Below are positions 12,549 to 24,606 of a stretch of DNA of 64,000 nt, piece by piece. The DNA lies in assembly GCA_021613535.1 (NCBI GenBank), contig CP075494.1:9238001-9302000 (forward strand). The letters are read 5' to 3'. This DNA comes from Adineta vaga (Eukaryota > Animalia > Rotifera). The notes under the pieces are model-generated. The model was given only the letters and a program-made list of their open reading frames with translations. It did not search any database and was not told the DNA's origin. Numbering within the stretch: position 1 is the stretch's first letter; the number at the start of each line of letters is the position of its first letter. Both the position numbers and the translations under genes were made by a program.

Positions 12549-15390
12549 TTAATGATGATGAAGTCTGATATCATGCAATGGTTCTACGATATTCTTCAAA
12601 GGTCGACCAAAAAAACGCGTAGAAATCTTATTAATTAATGGAACGACAAGTAATTTACAAATTAAAAATATCATTGCACATAATTCCAGACATAAAAATG
12701 CGAATAAAAGAGTACGAAATATAACTTCGGGTTGTTTAGCAATCGGTGATTGTGTATTTTTAATATAATACGATGTTTCACTTATATCAATGGTGATACT
12801 AGTTGATGTAAGATTAGCTGATATTCTATATTCTTCAGCTGTGAGAAACATTTCAGAAGAACTGTATGTAAATGTAGGATACCATATTCCTCCAAATTTT
12901 TCATCGTCGTCATTGAACAATGACTCAGTTTGATTGATAACCTAAAAGAAATGGATTCAATAAAAACTAGACAATTATTTGAAAGTATCAAATTACTTTT
13001 GTTAAAGCCATCTTAATTATTGGTGATTGTGAAAGAGTTTCTAAAGATTGACTATAAAAGGTTTGAAGAAAATTCAATTCCTTTAATGTATATGAATCAC
13101 GTTCCTGACCAGCACCTGAAATACCCACACGTAGTCCACCAATCAACTGAATATCGCTTACAACTGCTTTGATAGTTAGAGCATGTTCAGATAAACGAAT
13201 CGTTGTAGAAACTGTTCCATTTAAATTAGAACATGATAAAAGTGCAACGGATGTTGTTGAAGAGTCAGTGACTTCATAAAGAGCAATTTTTATACATGAT
13301 GTTACAGTATTGAGTAAATCAATTTGTAATGTAAAATTTTGGGCATCTAACAAATCGAATATGGGCTTTTCTTCAGTTGATACAGGAACAGCTAATGCTT
13401 GAAGATTTGATTGAAATTGTGCATTTCGAAGACTAGAATCACAAGCAAATTTTGATCCTTGAGTCGTTTCGATTGGATATTGATACATATAAGATATTGC
13501 AAATGTATATGCCATAATAGACATCAAGATAACTGCTATCGATGCAAGTCCACCTAACCACATTTCGCCTTCACCCTAAAAATATTTCAATTCGAAAATA
13601 GAATGATTGTTATAATCATCGATATACTTACTACAAGGTCTGTTCTTTGAAAAATACTCTTGATAGTTGTGCGATAACGTTCTCGTTTGTGTGGTTGCAT
13701 GCACCAACTAAATGATGCCATGACAAATAGTAAAGTTAGAAATAAGAAACATAATATCAATGTCCAAAATATTGGAGAAATAAGTAAACAAGATGTTGTT
13801 GTACCTAATGTAAACATATTTTGTAGAAGAATATCTTCAAATGAAGTCATATCTGGTGAACGAGGATATGCATATGCTTGACTAACAGAAATGAGCGAAC
13901 TTGAATTAAGTTCATAAGCTGCTCCCAATGGGCAAAAACTATTTGATGAACAATTTATACATGTTGAACTAGGTTTGAACCTGGATTTCTTGTTCCATTT
14001 GCACAAATATGACATGGATGAATACCAGTATCAGATTTATAAGTACCTGCAATACATGTAGTTGGATGACTAATGACAGGCATTGCAGCAGCTATTGGTG
14101 AATAGGTTGTATCCGTTGATGCATAAGAACCAGAATTTTCAGCTAAAATAATAAGAACACCACCATCAGTATCAAGTATAGCAAGTGAAAAAGATGAAGA
14201 AACCATGCGAATTAATTTCGGATTAATTGTTGATGGTATCGGTTGTTGAGTATTCGGTATAACAGCTGATGGTGATGAAGGTAAAGTAATATTACTGAAT
14301 GATGTATATAGATACACTTTTGAGAAATACCATGTTAGATAATTAGTTGAATAAGATGAAACGAGAATGGTTGCGTGTGATTGTGTTAACCAAGCAACAT
14401 CCTTACCATAACCAACTGTTTCTCCATTATCAACATAACTAGCTAGCGTCAGATTTGACCGTTAGTAACAGTAAATAAGAAGACTGTATTCAGAAAGGGC
14501 ATTCCAACAAGTACTCGTGTTGAATCATCGGAATTGATCTTTACTGACATCGTATATTTGCTACTCCAAGTGTCCACACCTGAATACGTTAATCGTGATT
14601 GCCAAGAACTATCAGTAGCACTATAAGACCATGTTGATAGAACGGTTAAATTGGTATTGGAAATTAAATAAACAGTTGGTGTTGCACGTATGCGTGATCC
14701 AGATGAACCAGCAACAAAACCAGCAACAATTGTAAATGTTCCACTAGTATCGGCTGCTAATGGACTAAACGTTGAATTATTTGGCCAAATCTGTGCAGCA
14801 GACACAGTCGTTGCCATACCGAATGAAAACGGTCGATAAATAAATGCAAAATCACTAGCTAATCCAATTGCATACTGTCCATATGGTTCAACAGCCATGA
14901 CAAAAAATTCTTGATCGTCATATGCACCAAAAAATTGAAGATCTTCAACTTGAAAATAGTTACATGCTAAAGATTGTCTGGTTAATAAATAATGTTCAAT
15001 ATTAAGTGGATCTTGATTAACCCAAACACCAATGAATGTACCATTTCGACCTGAATGATCGGTATCCGAACCATCATCAGATGCAACATTACCAATAATA
15101 TAAAAATAAACATCTGATGTTGTATTTTGTTTTCGTCCGACACCAACTGAATAAATATAATGTGAAGAATCATCATAATCAAAGGAACATTGCAATGAAT
15201 CAAATACATAATTGTAAGGAGCAAATTGAACAAGAAATGTGCCTCCTTCATTCTTTGCTTGGACGAACAATACATCATTAATAGCAATCTTCACACCATA
15301 AGCATCGTTATCCGATTTATCAGGAGAAAAACAGTTGAGAAACAAATTTTCATAGAGTAGAATCCAAAGAAAAACAAATCGTACGATCAT
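12549..15390 (-). CDS. Membrane protein: signal peptide, beta-rich ectodomain, Cys-rich ephrin-receptor-like (GCC2/GCC3) repeat, ~3 TM segments; two 1-nt frameshifts as assembled
   Basis: CIAGTYKSDTGIHPCHICANGT...CINCSSNSFCPLGA; hydrophobic segments IFWTLILCFLFLTLLFVMA, WLGGLASIAVILMSIMAY and TLLFAFLCLELCAMIFLI. Introns near 13.6 kb and 12.95 kb; frame breaks at ~14459 and ~13975. Confidence 0.6.
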
Positions 15391-16323
15391 TTTGTTTTCA
15401 ATACTCTTTAGAAAAAAACTACGAAGTTTATTTTTTCTTGTTAAGTATAAGAATGCAACTAACTACTCTTTTATATATTTTCTCTATGCTATGATAATTG
15501 TTAACAACACTACTGAAAATTAGAAAAAAGTAATTTTCTAATTTCCCTATAACGTACTATGTTTGAATATTAACGAGCCGTTTTCTTGATCAAAATATTT
15601 TGATTGCGTATGAAGTTCTTATCCAGTACTGTTCGACATTTTATTATGAAGAATGACTAGGAATTAATTGAACTTCTCTTCAATCGACGTTTGGAAACTT
15701 CGATAAAAGAGGAAAAACAGCAAGAAACAATCGACTAAAATATGTAATAGTTCGGCTTTTTATGAATTAAAAACAGAAACTTTCCGTATTAGAAAGCGCT
15801 TCTATGGAGATATATTTGTTTGAAAAGTCATTTTATTAAATATTGAAGAAGGTGCATCTCAAACCAAAAGAATATTTAATGGACTTTTCTAGTTCCATAT
15901 TATTAGTTAAGAAGATGACTAGGTCATAGTTATGTAGAGCATCGCAACAACAATAAATATACTTTTATGTATTTCGTTAATTATGAAAGTTACAACTACA
16001 TGCACGAGAAAAGTGCTTTGATTAAGTATAGCACTTCATTTTCATGCATAAAAGAGACCAGACAAAATAAGTTTTTTTTTATATTTATTCGAAGAAAATT
16101 AGGGTAATCTTACTTTATAAAAACTTGAAAAGATAGATTGATCAAATATTCTTCAGAAAAAAGTAAAAATATCAACTTCACTTTTCTTTGAAGTAATAGT
16201 TACGCCATCTATTTTCATTCTTAAGTTGCTAATGTCTCCATGACATTCCGAATGGATGAATGGTCGGAAGTAAAATTTTAAAATAAATTTTTTTTTCTAA
16301 AACTATGTCTTTATCTTATTATT

Positions 16324-17935
16324 ATGGGATTTTGTTCTAGCAAAATGGCAGAAAGCTCGAAATATACGTCCCAATCAGATCCATTATCTGTATACGTACC
16401 TCTAGAGTCGCTTACTCAATCAGCTGTTCGTTCAATCATTAAAGTGGCCGTTCCTAAATATATGCCGACATGGGATCATAGTCAACGTACGCTTCTTATA
16501 TTCTTACTTGCAATAGATAAAAAATTGAGAGAGATTGAAAATAATGCAGAGAATGGTGGTGAGAACAAACCTGATGATCATACTATTGAACGCCAAACAA
16601 GTTCGTCAATGGCTAGTGAATAAAAGTAATAAGCCATTGGATTGGGAGAGGCTTCAGCAGAAATATGAAGATACACGCCACGAACATTGTGATGAATTGG
16701 CGTATCAATATGGATTAGAGAAAGCATTTCCTTACTTTGAACTAGAAATCGCAACTGTAAGTTAGATATAATTCATGTACAACTAACGCTTGATCGTAGA
16801 ACTAAGTATGCATCTGTAAATCTATCTATTTAGCGTCACAATGTCGTCAAACAATCTCGTCGTTATATGAATATATTTCGTAAAGACGGCTACAAACCTG
16901 AAGAACTCAAAGTTTACTGGAATGCTGAGCAATTAGAAACTCTATGTCAACAAGATGGAGATGATCCACATAGAATGCCACCACACGATCCGTCAGATAC
17001 CGACGCTATTGAAAATCTTCGAAAATATCCAGTTGCAACTCGGAAACATAGCGGACAAATTACATACGTCGATAAAGGTATCGAAAAAGCGGTTTTCGAT
17101 ATACCTGACGATGCTCAAGTTATTGTTCTAAATTTTGCAGTAAATTTCATGATAAGTAATTTCTATCACCTGTATCTCAATTCTTTAGAATGAACAATCA
17201 CCAGGTGGCGGTTATTTACGACATGCAAGTAAGTAGTATTCATGTCAACTAAGTTATACTTATTAAAGAAACATATTTGACACTTGAATAATTCATTGAT
17301 TCTATTTTGTTTTATCTAGTGGCACAAGAAGAAGTTATTCTTTTTAATTCGGATGGTTATCGAGCATTAATGGATCTCAAGTATCAGCGAATGGGTGGTG
17401 GATATGCAATACCAGAATTTGGATTAGCTTATGTACGTAATATGTGCTTCTTCGATGCAAATGATGAGAAAAGATATCGTAAAACTGACATGTTAGTTTC
17501 TGCATGTTATTGTATGAACGGTGCTGAACTTTACGAGAATCCACATCCTCAAGAGGTAAATGTTGATGAACTCATGTAGAATAGTTGTTTTTATTTGAAA
17601 AATATCAATCAATCATCACATTTCTATTCTAGTGGAAAGAAAATAATTTAGCGAAATTTCGTGCCTTCATGGCTGCAGCTGTTGCAAATACTATTGGTGA
17701 TGGAAAGAATACCTATCTTTTACTTGGTCCTATTGGCACGGGAGCATTTGGAAATAATGTCGATGCTATAGCTGAAGTTTTCGCTACAGTATTGGATATG
17801 GAAATGATGGGTTCGGATGGACCAATTCGATATGCTTTCGAAAACATATGGTTTGTTTCTATAGATGCGTGGAAGAACACTGAATTTCGGAAGTATATAC
17901 CTGATAAGAAACCTAACAATAATGAGGAGAATTGA
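16324..17935 (+). CDS. Microbial-type poly(ADP-ribose) glycohydrolase macrodomain (TIGR02452/DUF2263-like)
   Basis: Splicing introns 16559-16601 (putative), 16757-16833, 17140-17188, 17229-17319 and 17556-17632 gives VIVLNFANEQSPGGGYLRHAMAQEEVILFNS (PARG signature GGG-x7-QEE) and LLLGPIGTGAFGN (diphosphate-binding loop). Confidence 0.85.
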
Positions 17936-18181
17936 TTTTTTTGTATTTTCTTATCAAACAAAATAGTCTAATATAACGAAAGGATGCCACTCTTTTTATA
18001 TTATATTCCATAGAAAGTAAGTCATCAGTCGACTGCGCGCTTGATACAAGAAAAACGATGAGACAAATACAACAGTGCAGGTAAAAAAATAGAATCTGTA
18101 TTTTATTATTTCTCCTGCATAAAATATATTATTATGATACAAAAAAAGATTGGAATAAAATAAATATACGAGTTCTAAAGA

Positions 18182-20440
18182 TTATTGTTGATGTGCATCA
18201 CCGTAAAAAGATTTTTTCCACCATTTTGACGGTGTCAATGTTGCTGGATCGATGTCTGTTACACGCATCATCAAGCCATAACAGATAATGTCATCTTTGA
18301 TAAACTCTTGACCGTTTTTACCTAGTATAATCCACTCCAGTTCGCTATTCTTGAAATTTTGATCTACTATCACAGTTTGCTTATATTCATCTTGTATTAA
18401 CGTTTCAGGACCAACAAATTTAATTGATGCCGGATTTACACGACATTGGAAGACTAATTGATACCATAATGATTGACCATTTTTAGTTGTTTCTTTCCAT
18501 GGAAAAGCATATCGTGGATGTGCACAGTATTCAATACTTGGTGAAACATAAACTCGTGATTGTCCATCACCAAAGAAACATCCAGTTGTGCTAACCTTGA
18601 GTCCTGAAGTAAGTATCTTTGACGCGTTTTCACCACGAGTTCCGTGATAGGCCATATACCAGCTGCCCCATTTAGAATCAAATTCCTTCTCATCTTCAGC
18701 CACTTTAACACCAAAACGTTTCCAACCTATACATAAAAATTGGCAGATATGAAGATAATGATAAGACAAAATCGTTCTCTACTAACCTGATGGACAAAAA
18801 TAAGGTTTTCCTCCTTGATTAATGGGAGTTGCCCAAAAGTGTGCCTGAGGCTCACCCGGTGCCCAACCATACTTCTTATTCCATCTGGGATCCATAAGTC
18901 TATTTTCAATTTTTAATCCAAATTCACCAAGTGTTATTGATTCAACATGTGCGTCGACATCTAAACAACATTTACGAACGGCATACATTCGTGCCACAGC
19001 ATCAGCAGCACCACCATTTAAACTATCGACAACTTTTTTACCGTATGGTGGTAAAACACATAGATGAATGATAGCTTTTTCACGATCAACACGGATGATA
19101 CGTATTTTATTCTTTGGTACACCAAATGCTTCACATAGATTATCAACAAATCGTTCACGAATACCACCTTTATTTGTATCCCATTGATTCATATAGGCAT
19201 CATCCGCATCCAATTGAATCATGAAACCTAATTCGTCACCTGAAATATTGAAAAGAAAGCAATTACCATAACTATAAGTTTGAATAGAAAAATAAGAATG
19301 TTACCTTCTGGATCGCGAATATCACCCGAAATGATTGGTAAACTTTCTTCATTACTATCCCTTTGTTTACTCACAGTTTTCTTTAATTGTTTATTGAATT
19401 GTTGATCATTACCTGATCCAACAGCTAATCGACATAATAGAGCTGCTAGAGCAAGTTTCTTAGCTTCTTGTGCGATTCGTTTTCGACCATGTCTTGCTCT
19501 GGCATTTTCCAGTTTCTCTTCATCTAAGATAAAATTAAATTAAAGAAAATGAGTATTTTACATTATCAATTGACATACATGGATCTTCTTCCTTTTGATT
19601 ACGAATTTCATCACGTTGTGCAAGCCATCTTTGTGCATACTCAATAATTTCATCGATTTCTCTACCATTCAATCGATCAATCAATTCATCAGCATCAACT
19701 TCATTTCGTTTATCTTCATCGATCGATAAAAGTTTTCGAACAAATTTACGTACTATATCAAAATATGTAGGCTCAACAGGTATAACTTGTCTAGCAGCAA
19801 TTAATTTCTTTGCATGTGTTATTACTCGACTTGTTGGTGATAGAATAGCAAAGTTATTTTCTGTAATAGTTCCATTAAATTTTTGATTACGTTGATTAAT
19901 ATCTGCTATCTTAGATCCATAAGTATCTTTCCACCATCTGTGAATATTTCGAATAACATCATCTGAATCACTTTTTTCTATTAGTGCATACAAATCTTTG
20001 AAATTATTTTCAAAATCTTGTTGACGACGAAAATAATCAATCGTATCATTACAAATTTGAACGAATTTCGTTGAGTTTGGTAATGGTTGAGCTAAGTTCC
20101 GTAAACGTAATAAATAGTTTGCACATGCACCAACTTTTACTGATAGTTCAGCACGTAACGAATCGATACAAGCCGGATCATCTATCACTGTTCGTGTTTT
20201 ACTTGGTTCTGCACCACTTTGACGAAGATCGTCACAGAATTTATCAACAAATGCCTTCTCTTTATCATGTGAACCTTTGTCTTTAGGTGGAGGTCGCTTT
20301 TTAATATAATCTGCTTGTTGCTCTTCAATTCCATGACATTCTTCTTCTTCTTCTTGTTTAATTTTTTCGATACAATCATCAATTAATTGAACTTGATCAT
20401 CGATAAAATGATTAAGACAAAAAGCTAGATCTGTATCCAT
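18182..20440 (-). CDS. ADP-ribosyltransferase: N-terminal helical region plus C-terminal NEURL4-like PARP-fold ART domain; 4 exons
   Basis: GGKPYFCPSG|WKRFGVKV, WYMAYHGT (H), ILTSGL, RVYVSPSIEYCAHPRYA (Y), YQLVFQCRVNP, ELEWII (E). Exons are joined by short GT-AG introns at ~19524-19578, ~19240-19304 and ~18727-18786. Confidence 0.8.
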
Positions 20441-20914
20441 TATTTTTTCTCACAGTAGGAAGTAGAACGATGTTATTGATTCAAGCAAAATAAAATGAAG
20501 TTTTGCGTCTCGTTTGTCTCTATTTATTTGATCTCTGTCAAGAGGAGAGAAAGAGAACGAGAAAATTAAAAAATCGACATAATCATGTATTGTTATGTTT
20601 ACTTTGACTTTTCACAGAAATTTTTGCGTCTATTCAGAGTGTGTTATCGATTCTTGAAATATTAATAGAAGCATTGTAAATCAGAACAGAAAAAGTGTCG
20701 AAAATCATGCACTGTTTGTTATTAATTCATAAAAAGTCAGAATAACAGAAAAATAGGTGTTAGATGATGACAAACATCATTGCTTTTATAAATATGTTTG
20801 TGAATGAGTACATTGATCTTAAAGGTATAACTTACAAATGAATATCAAATTTGAAAATAATCAAAATCTTTAATATACTAACAGATTGTTTTTTATTTAT
20901 TTAAAACAAAACAT

Positions 20915-21832
20915 TCAAACAAAGTCATCGAGCGCTTTGAAATAATCTGCTAAACGTTTTGCAACTAGTTTAACGTGTACTTCTTCATTTAATTGTGTAT
21001 CACGATTCCATACGGAACAAACACCAGTTTTTAATGAATTATCATCAAGTTTTATATGAAATGGTATATAATCATCAATATCTCTATCGATTACACGTAC
21101 AACACGTAAACGATATTTATATGTTAATAATTTTGAAATATATAAAGACAGTTCAGTTGTTTTTAATGTTGCTTTGATTCCAATTTGATGTGGTGTTAAT
21201 AATGGATGTAAACATTTCATTTGTGAATCGAATAATAATGAAATTAATGTATGGTTAATATTTAATGATAAATCTAATGAAGAATTACTATTATTAGATT
21301 GAATCATTTCAAGATTATATGGTTCAGTATCAGATGAAAAACGATAATTAATGTCAAATTGATTTTGCTTTGATGATAAAAATTCAACCTTTTCGCGACT
21401 AGAAAAATATTTCTTCCAAAAACGTGTTCGTTCATCAGCTAAACGTCTAAGATTGATTTCTTCGGTTGGTTCTATATATTGTACACGAAGATAATCATCA
21501 TCATTATTATCGGTAGATTCTTCACGTTTAAGAATCACTGGTAGTTCAGAACGATTTGTCGTAAGTTTGGTTTGCCAAGCAACAGTCATACTTGGAGTTG
21601 GATTGACTATTTGATCGATTGAATCGACCCAAAGAAATTGATAACGACCAGAACTATTCCGTATGAAAGATTGAATCCATTCATGACGAAAATTGAAGAA
21701 AAGATTGGATGTAAGTGGTTCGTAATTAAAGATTGAAGGAGAAGAAGGATCGATACGGTTGGAATTAATAGATGGAAGTTTTAGAAAACCAGAAGTTAAA
21801 CCTTTTTGAACAAATTGTTTAATTGATAACAT
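20915..21832 (-). CDS. POLG2: Mitochondrial DNA polymerase gamma accessory subunit, intronless
   Basis: ERTRFWKKYF, LHPLLTPHQIGI and the anticodon-binding-like C-terminus IPFHIKLDDNSLKTGVCSVWNRDTQLNEEVHV match the POLG2 pattern. Confidence 0.75.
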   Translation of the reverse strand: MLSIKQFVQKGLTSGFLKLPSINSNRIDPSSPSIFNYEPLTSNLFFNFRHEWIQSFIRNSSGRYQFLWVDSIDQIVNPTPSMTVAWQTKLTTNRSELPVILKREESTDNNDDDYLRVQYIEPTEEINLRRLADERTRFWKKYFSSREKVEFLSSKQNQFDINYRFSSDTEPYNLEMIQSNNSNSSLDLSLNINHTLISLLFDSQMKCLHPLLTPHQIGIKATLKTTELSLYISKLLTYKYRLRVVRVIDRDIDDYIPFHIKLDDNSLKTGVCSVWNRDTQLNEEVHVKLVAKRLADYFKALDDFV

Positions 21833-22457
21833 GAAAGCGAATATGAGATAAGTAAAACTACGATTTTCATAGAGAACTTCTTCTATTGGGATAATTTTAG
21901 ATTCGTCTTATCAATATTTCGATTTGATTTTATGTAGATGGCGTTCGTTACGTTAGAAAAATATTTGTGTTGCTACGATGGAACATATAATTTCGCTTCG
22001 CTAATTTATATTGAAAAATAGAATTTGATAATCTTAAATAGATTCTTGTCTGTTCAAAGCATCGGTCTCGGTCAGGAACAAGTGATCAATTTTTCAATTA
22101 ACTTTTAATTATTTTATATTTGAAAATGTTGTGTAGGTGGGCCAGATGACTTCAACAGATGTCACTATTTATTACCAAAGAATATGTTGAAATAATAATT
22201 TGATTTTGGATTAGATAGATAGAAACTTTCAATTGATACAGTTATTTCCCAGTATCTTACTTTTTCATTACAATGAATTCTTCGTCGTAATCATTATCTC
22301 ATTGCCGGATATCAATCCAATCATAACAGAGCAATTGTTTTCATCAAACAAGCTGACTGACTTCTCTTCTCTATCGTTAGTCAGTATTACGATTGCGAAG
22401 TGAAAAGTAAAAAATAACGTGTTAATCATCAAGTTTCTATTTCTATATTTAGATCAG

Positions 22458-23063
22458 ATGTCGATGTCACGAAAAAAATTCAAATCCGATCACGATGAAG
22501 ATCTCTTTTTATTTGATCTATCCGAACGTTTTCATTCATTTTGTTATCCTCAAATGGATGATGAATCTTCTTCAACCTCATTAGATGATCTTTATCAACG
22601 TTTGAATGAACATGATCTTCAACATCGTTCATCAGTAAACTTAAATCTTCGAAATTTAAATCAAGAAATTCTTTCCAATGAAGAAAAACTATTTCAATTA
22701 AATAATTCAATTCAAGAAATAAAACAAAGTTTAAATGAACGAAAAAACTATTTCAAACAAGCGAAATTAAAACGTCGTCATCAATCAGATTATTTAACAA
22801 TGTACAATGTAATCAATCGTTATTCATCACGTGATATTTTACAAAAAAAATTAGCACAATTAAATTTAGAATATGAACAACAAAAATCGGAATTAAACCA
22901 TTTAAATCAACGTTTAATTATTTATCAGAAACAATCGAAAGTTGTATTGTATTCCTTACTTGAACTTGTAGGATTTATTGATGTTAAACTACCGATTAAC
23001 TTTGAAGATGAAATTGGTCGATTAGATAGTAATCCATTATTAGAAAGTAATGGAGATAAGTAA
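22458..23063 (+). CDS. THOC7: THO complex subunit 7-like coiled-coil protein
   Basis: KQAKLKRRHQSDY...INRYSSR...QKQSKVVLYSLLEL parallels the THOC7 pattern QAKRIRKNRQEY...IQHHPDR...RKQFHVLLSTIHEL. Confidence 0.65.
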   Translation: MSMSRKKFKSDHDEDLFLFDLSERFHSFCYPQMDDESSSTSLDDLYQRLNEHDLQHRSSVNLNLRNLNQEILSNEEKLFQLNNSIQEIKQSLNERKNYFKQAKLKRRHQSDYLTMYNVINRYSSRDILQKKLAQLNLEYEQQKSELNHLNQRLIIYQKQSKVVLYSLLELVGFIDVKLPINFEDEIGRLDSNPLLESNGDK

Positions 23064-23424
23064 TCCTTTTCATCAATGTATTTTCTTGTTGTTGATGTTG
23101 TTAAATAAAAGTCTTTCGATTACTTTTGTTTAGTTTTATGTAATTCACTTAGTAATCTAACCCAAAGGATCGTTTCTATGTCTTTAAAAGAAAATAACCC
23201 GGATATAGTTCAAGGAGAATAGATGCTGTGAATGAATTTAGATCATTAGACAGGAATTTTGTGACTGAAAATGGATTCATAGAGAGTGTTCATGTCAGAT
23301 GCATTCTCTACTCGGAAATGGTATAAAGATGTTCTGTAATATTTGTATTTTTTAGATTATGAATTTTGTGAAGATCTGATATATACATCTACATACGAAT
23401 TTACTTTACTTGATATTCAATTAA

Positions 23425-24088
23425 ATGGCTTCAGCTAATTATACTCGTCCACAAAACTATGTATGATTTGATGATGAGAAAAAGTTTTCTTCTTATAATG
23501 CGTTCTTTCGTTTAGTCATCAATTGGAGATGATGATGATGAAGCACTCGATATTCGAGTCGATTCGTAAGAAGATATTGATGTACATTTTCTAGATATTC
23601 GATTTTCGATTGTTTCAGAAATAATACTCGTTCAGCTGGTGGTGAAAATGTAAAAGCGTAAGTATTGAAAAAAGATCGTTATGTTCGTGAAATGAAGATT
23701 CGTTTGTTTTCTAGACTTCATGGTCAAGTTCAAGAAGTTGTTGGTGTTATGAAACAAAATATCGACAAATTATTAGATCGTGATGTTGCATTAAATAATC
23801 TTTCATCACGTGCTGATGAACTTCAATCCTCAGCAAGTACATACAATCAAACAACAAAACAATTACGACGAAAATATTGGTGGAAAAATATGAAAGTATG
23901 CATAGTTAGTTGGAAAAGAATTTCAGTGTCTCTTTACTTTTTCAGACAAATGTTTGTATTGCTGGTATTGTTCTTGCAGTGTTCATTATTATCATCAGTA
24001 AGTTTATTTTACTTTTATTAATACACAAAATCTAATGAAATCTATTTTTGATTTAGTGTCAATAGCATTAAGTCGTCGCAAGAACTAA
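23425..24088 (+). CDS. Synaptobrevin/VAMP-family R-SNARE (VAMP4-like acidic N-terminus), multi-exon
   Basis: QVQEVVGVMKQNIDKLLDRDVALNNLSSRADELQ...LRRKYWWKNMK followed by a TM exon (CIAGIVLAVFIIII). Confidence 0.9.
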
Positions 24089-24606
24089 ATCATTCTCGAA
24101 AAATACTCAATAAGATCTGATTCTACAGTTTTACTTCTGCATACCAAAACTTTTTCTCGAAAAGCGATCTTTGTTTTTTTTCTTTTTATTTCTTCTTCTG
24201 CTGCTGCTGCTCTTTTTCTCATTTTAACAAAGGAAAAAAAACGCATTCGGATTTGTTTTTCTCCAATGGATAATGATGATCTTCACTAAGTAGACAATTG
24301 AAAAATTGATTAGAAGAACGATGTTTAATTCTGTATGAACCTTGGTAATTGAACGGCCGTCTCTATAGACATGGCACCCTGCTAAGATTATTTGTTGAAC
24401 AATAGAATACGAAAATCAATAGGTGCGAAAGAAAAAACACAGTAGGAGGCATTTATAAGAAAGTTTTATTTCAATATTTGATCCATCCGCATTGAAGAGA
24501 AAGTAATTATATGTTCGATTCTGTATACAAGAATTAATTTCGGTGAACGAATATTCCATATGTATATTTTTATATATAAAAAAACAAATACAACAAAAAC
24601 ATTTTC

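Noticed and set aside
13950-14470. Programmed ribosomal frameshifting in the membrane-protein gene
   Set aside because: No X XXY YYZ slippery heptamer or evident stimulatory structure. Similar homopolymer-type breaks occur elsewhere (Brahma), which points to assembly error.
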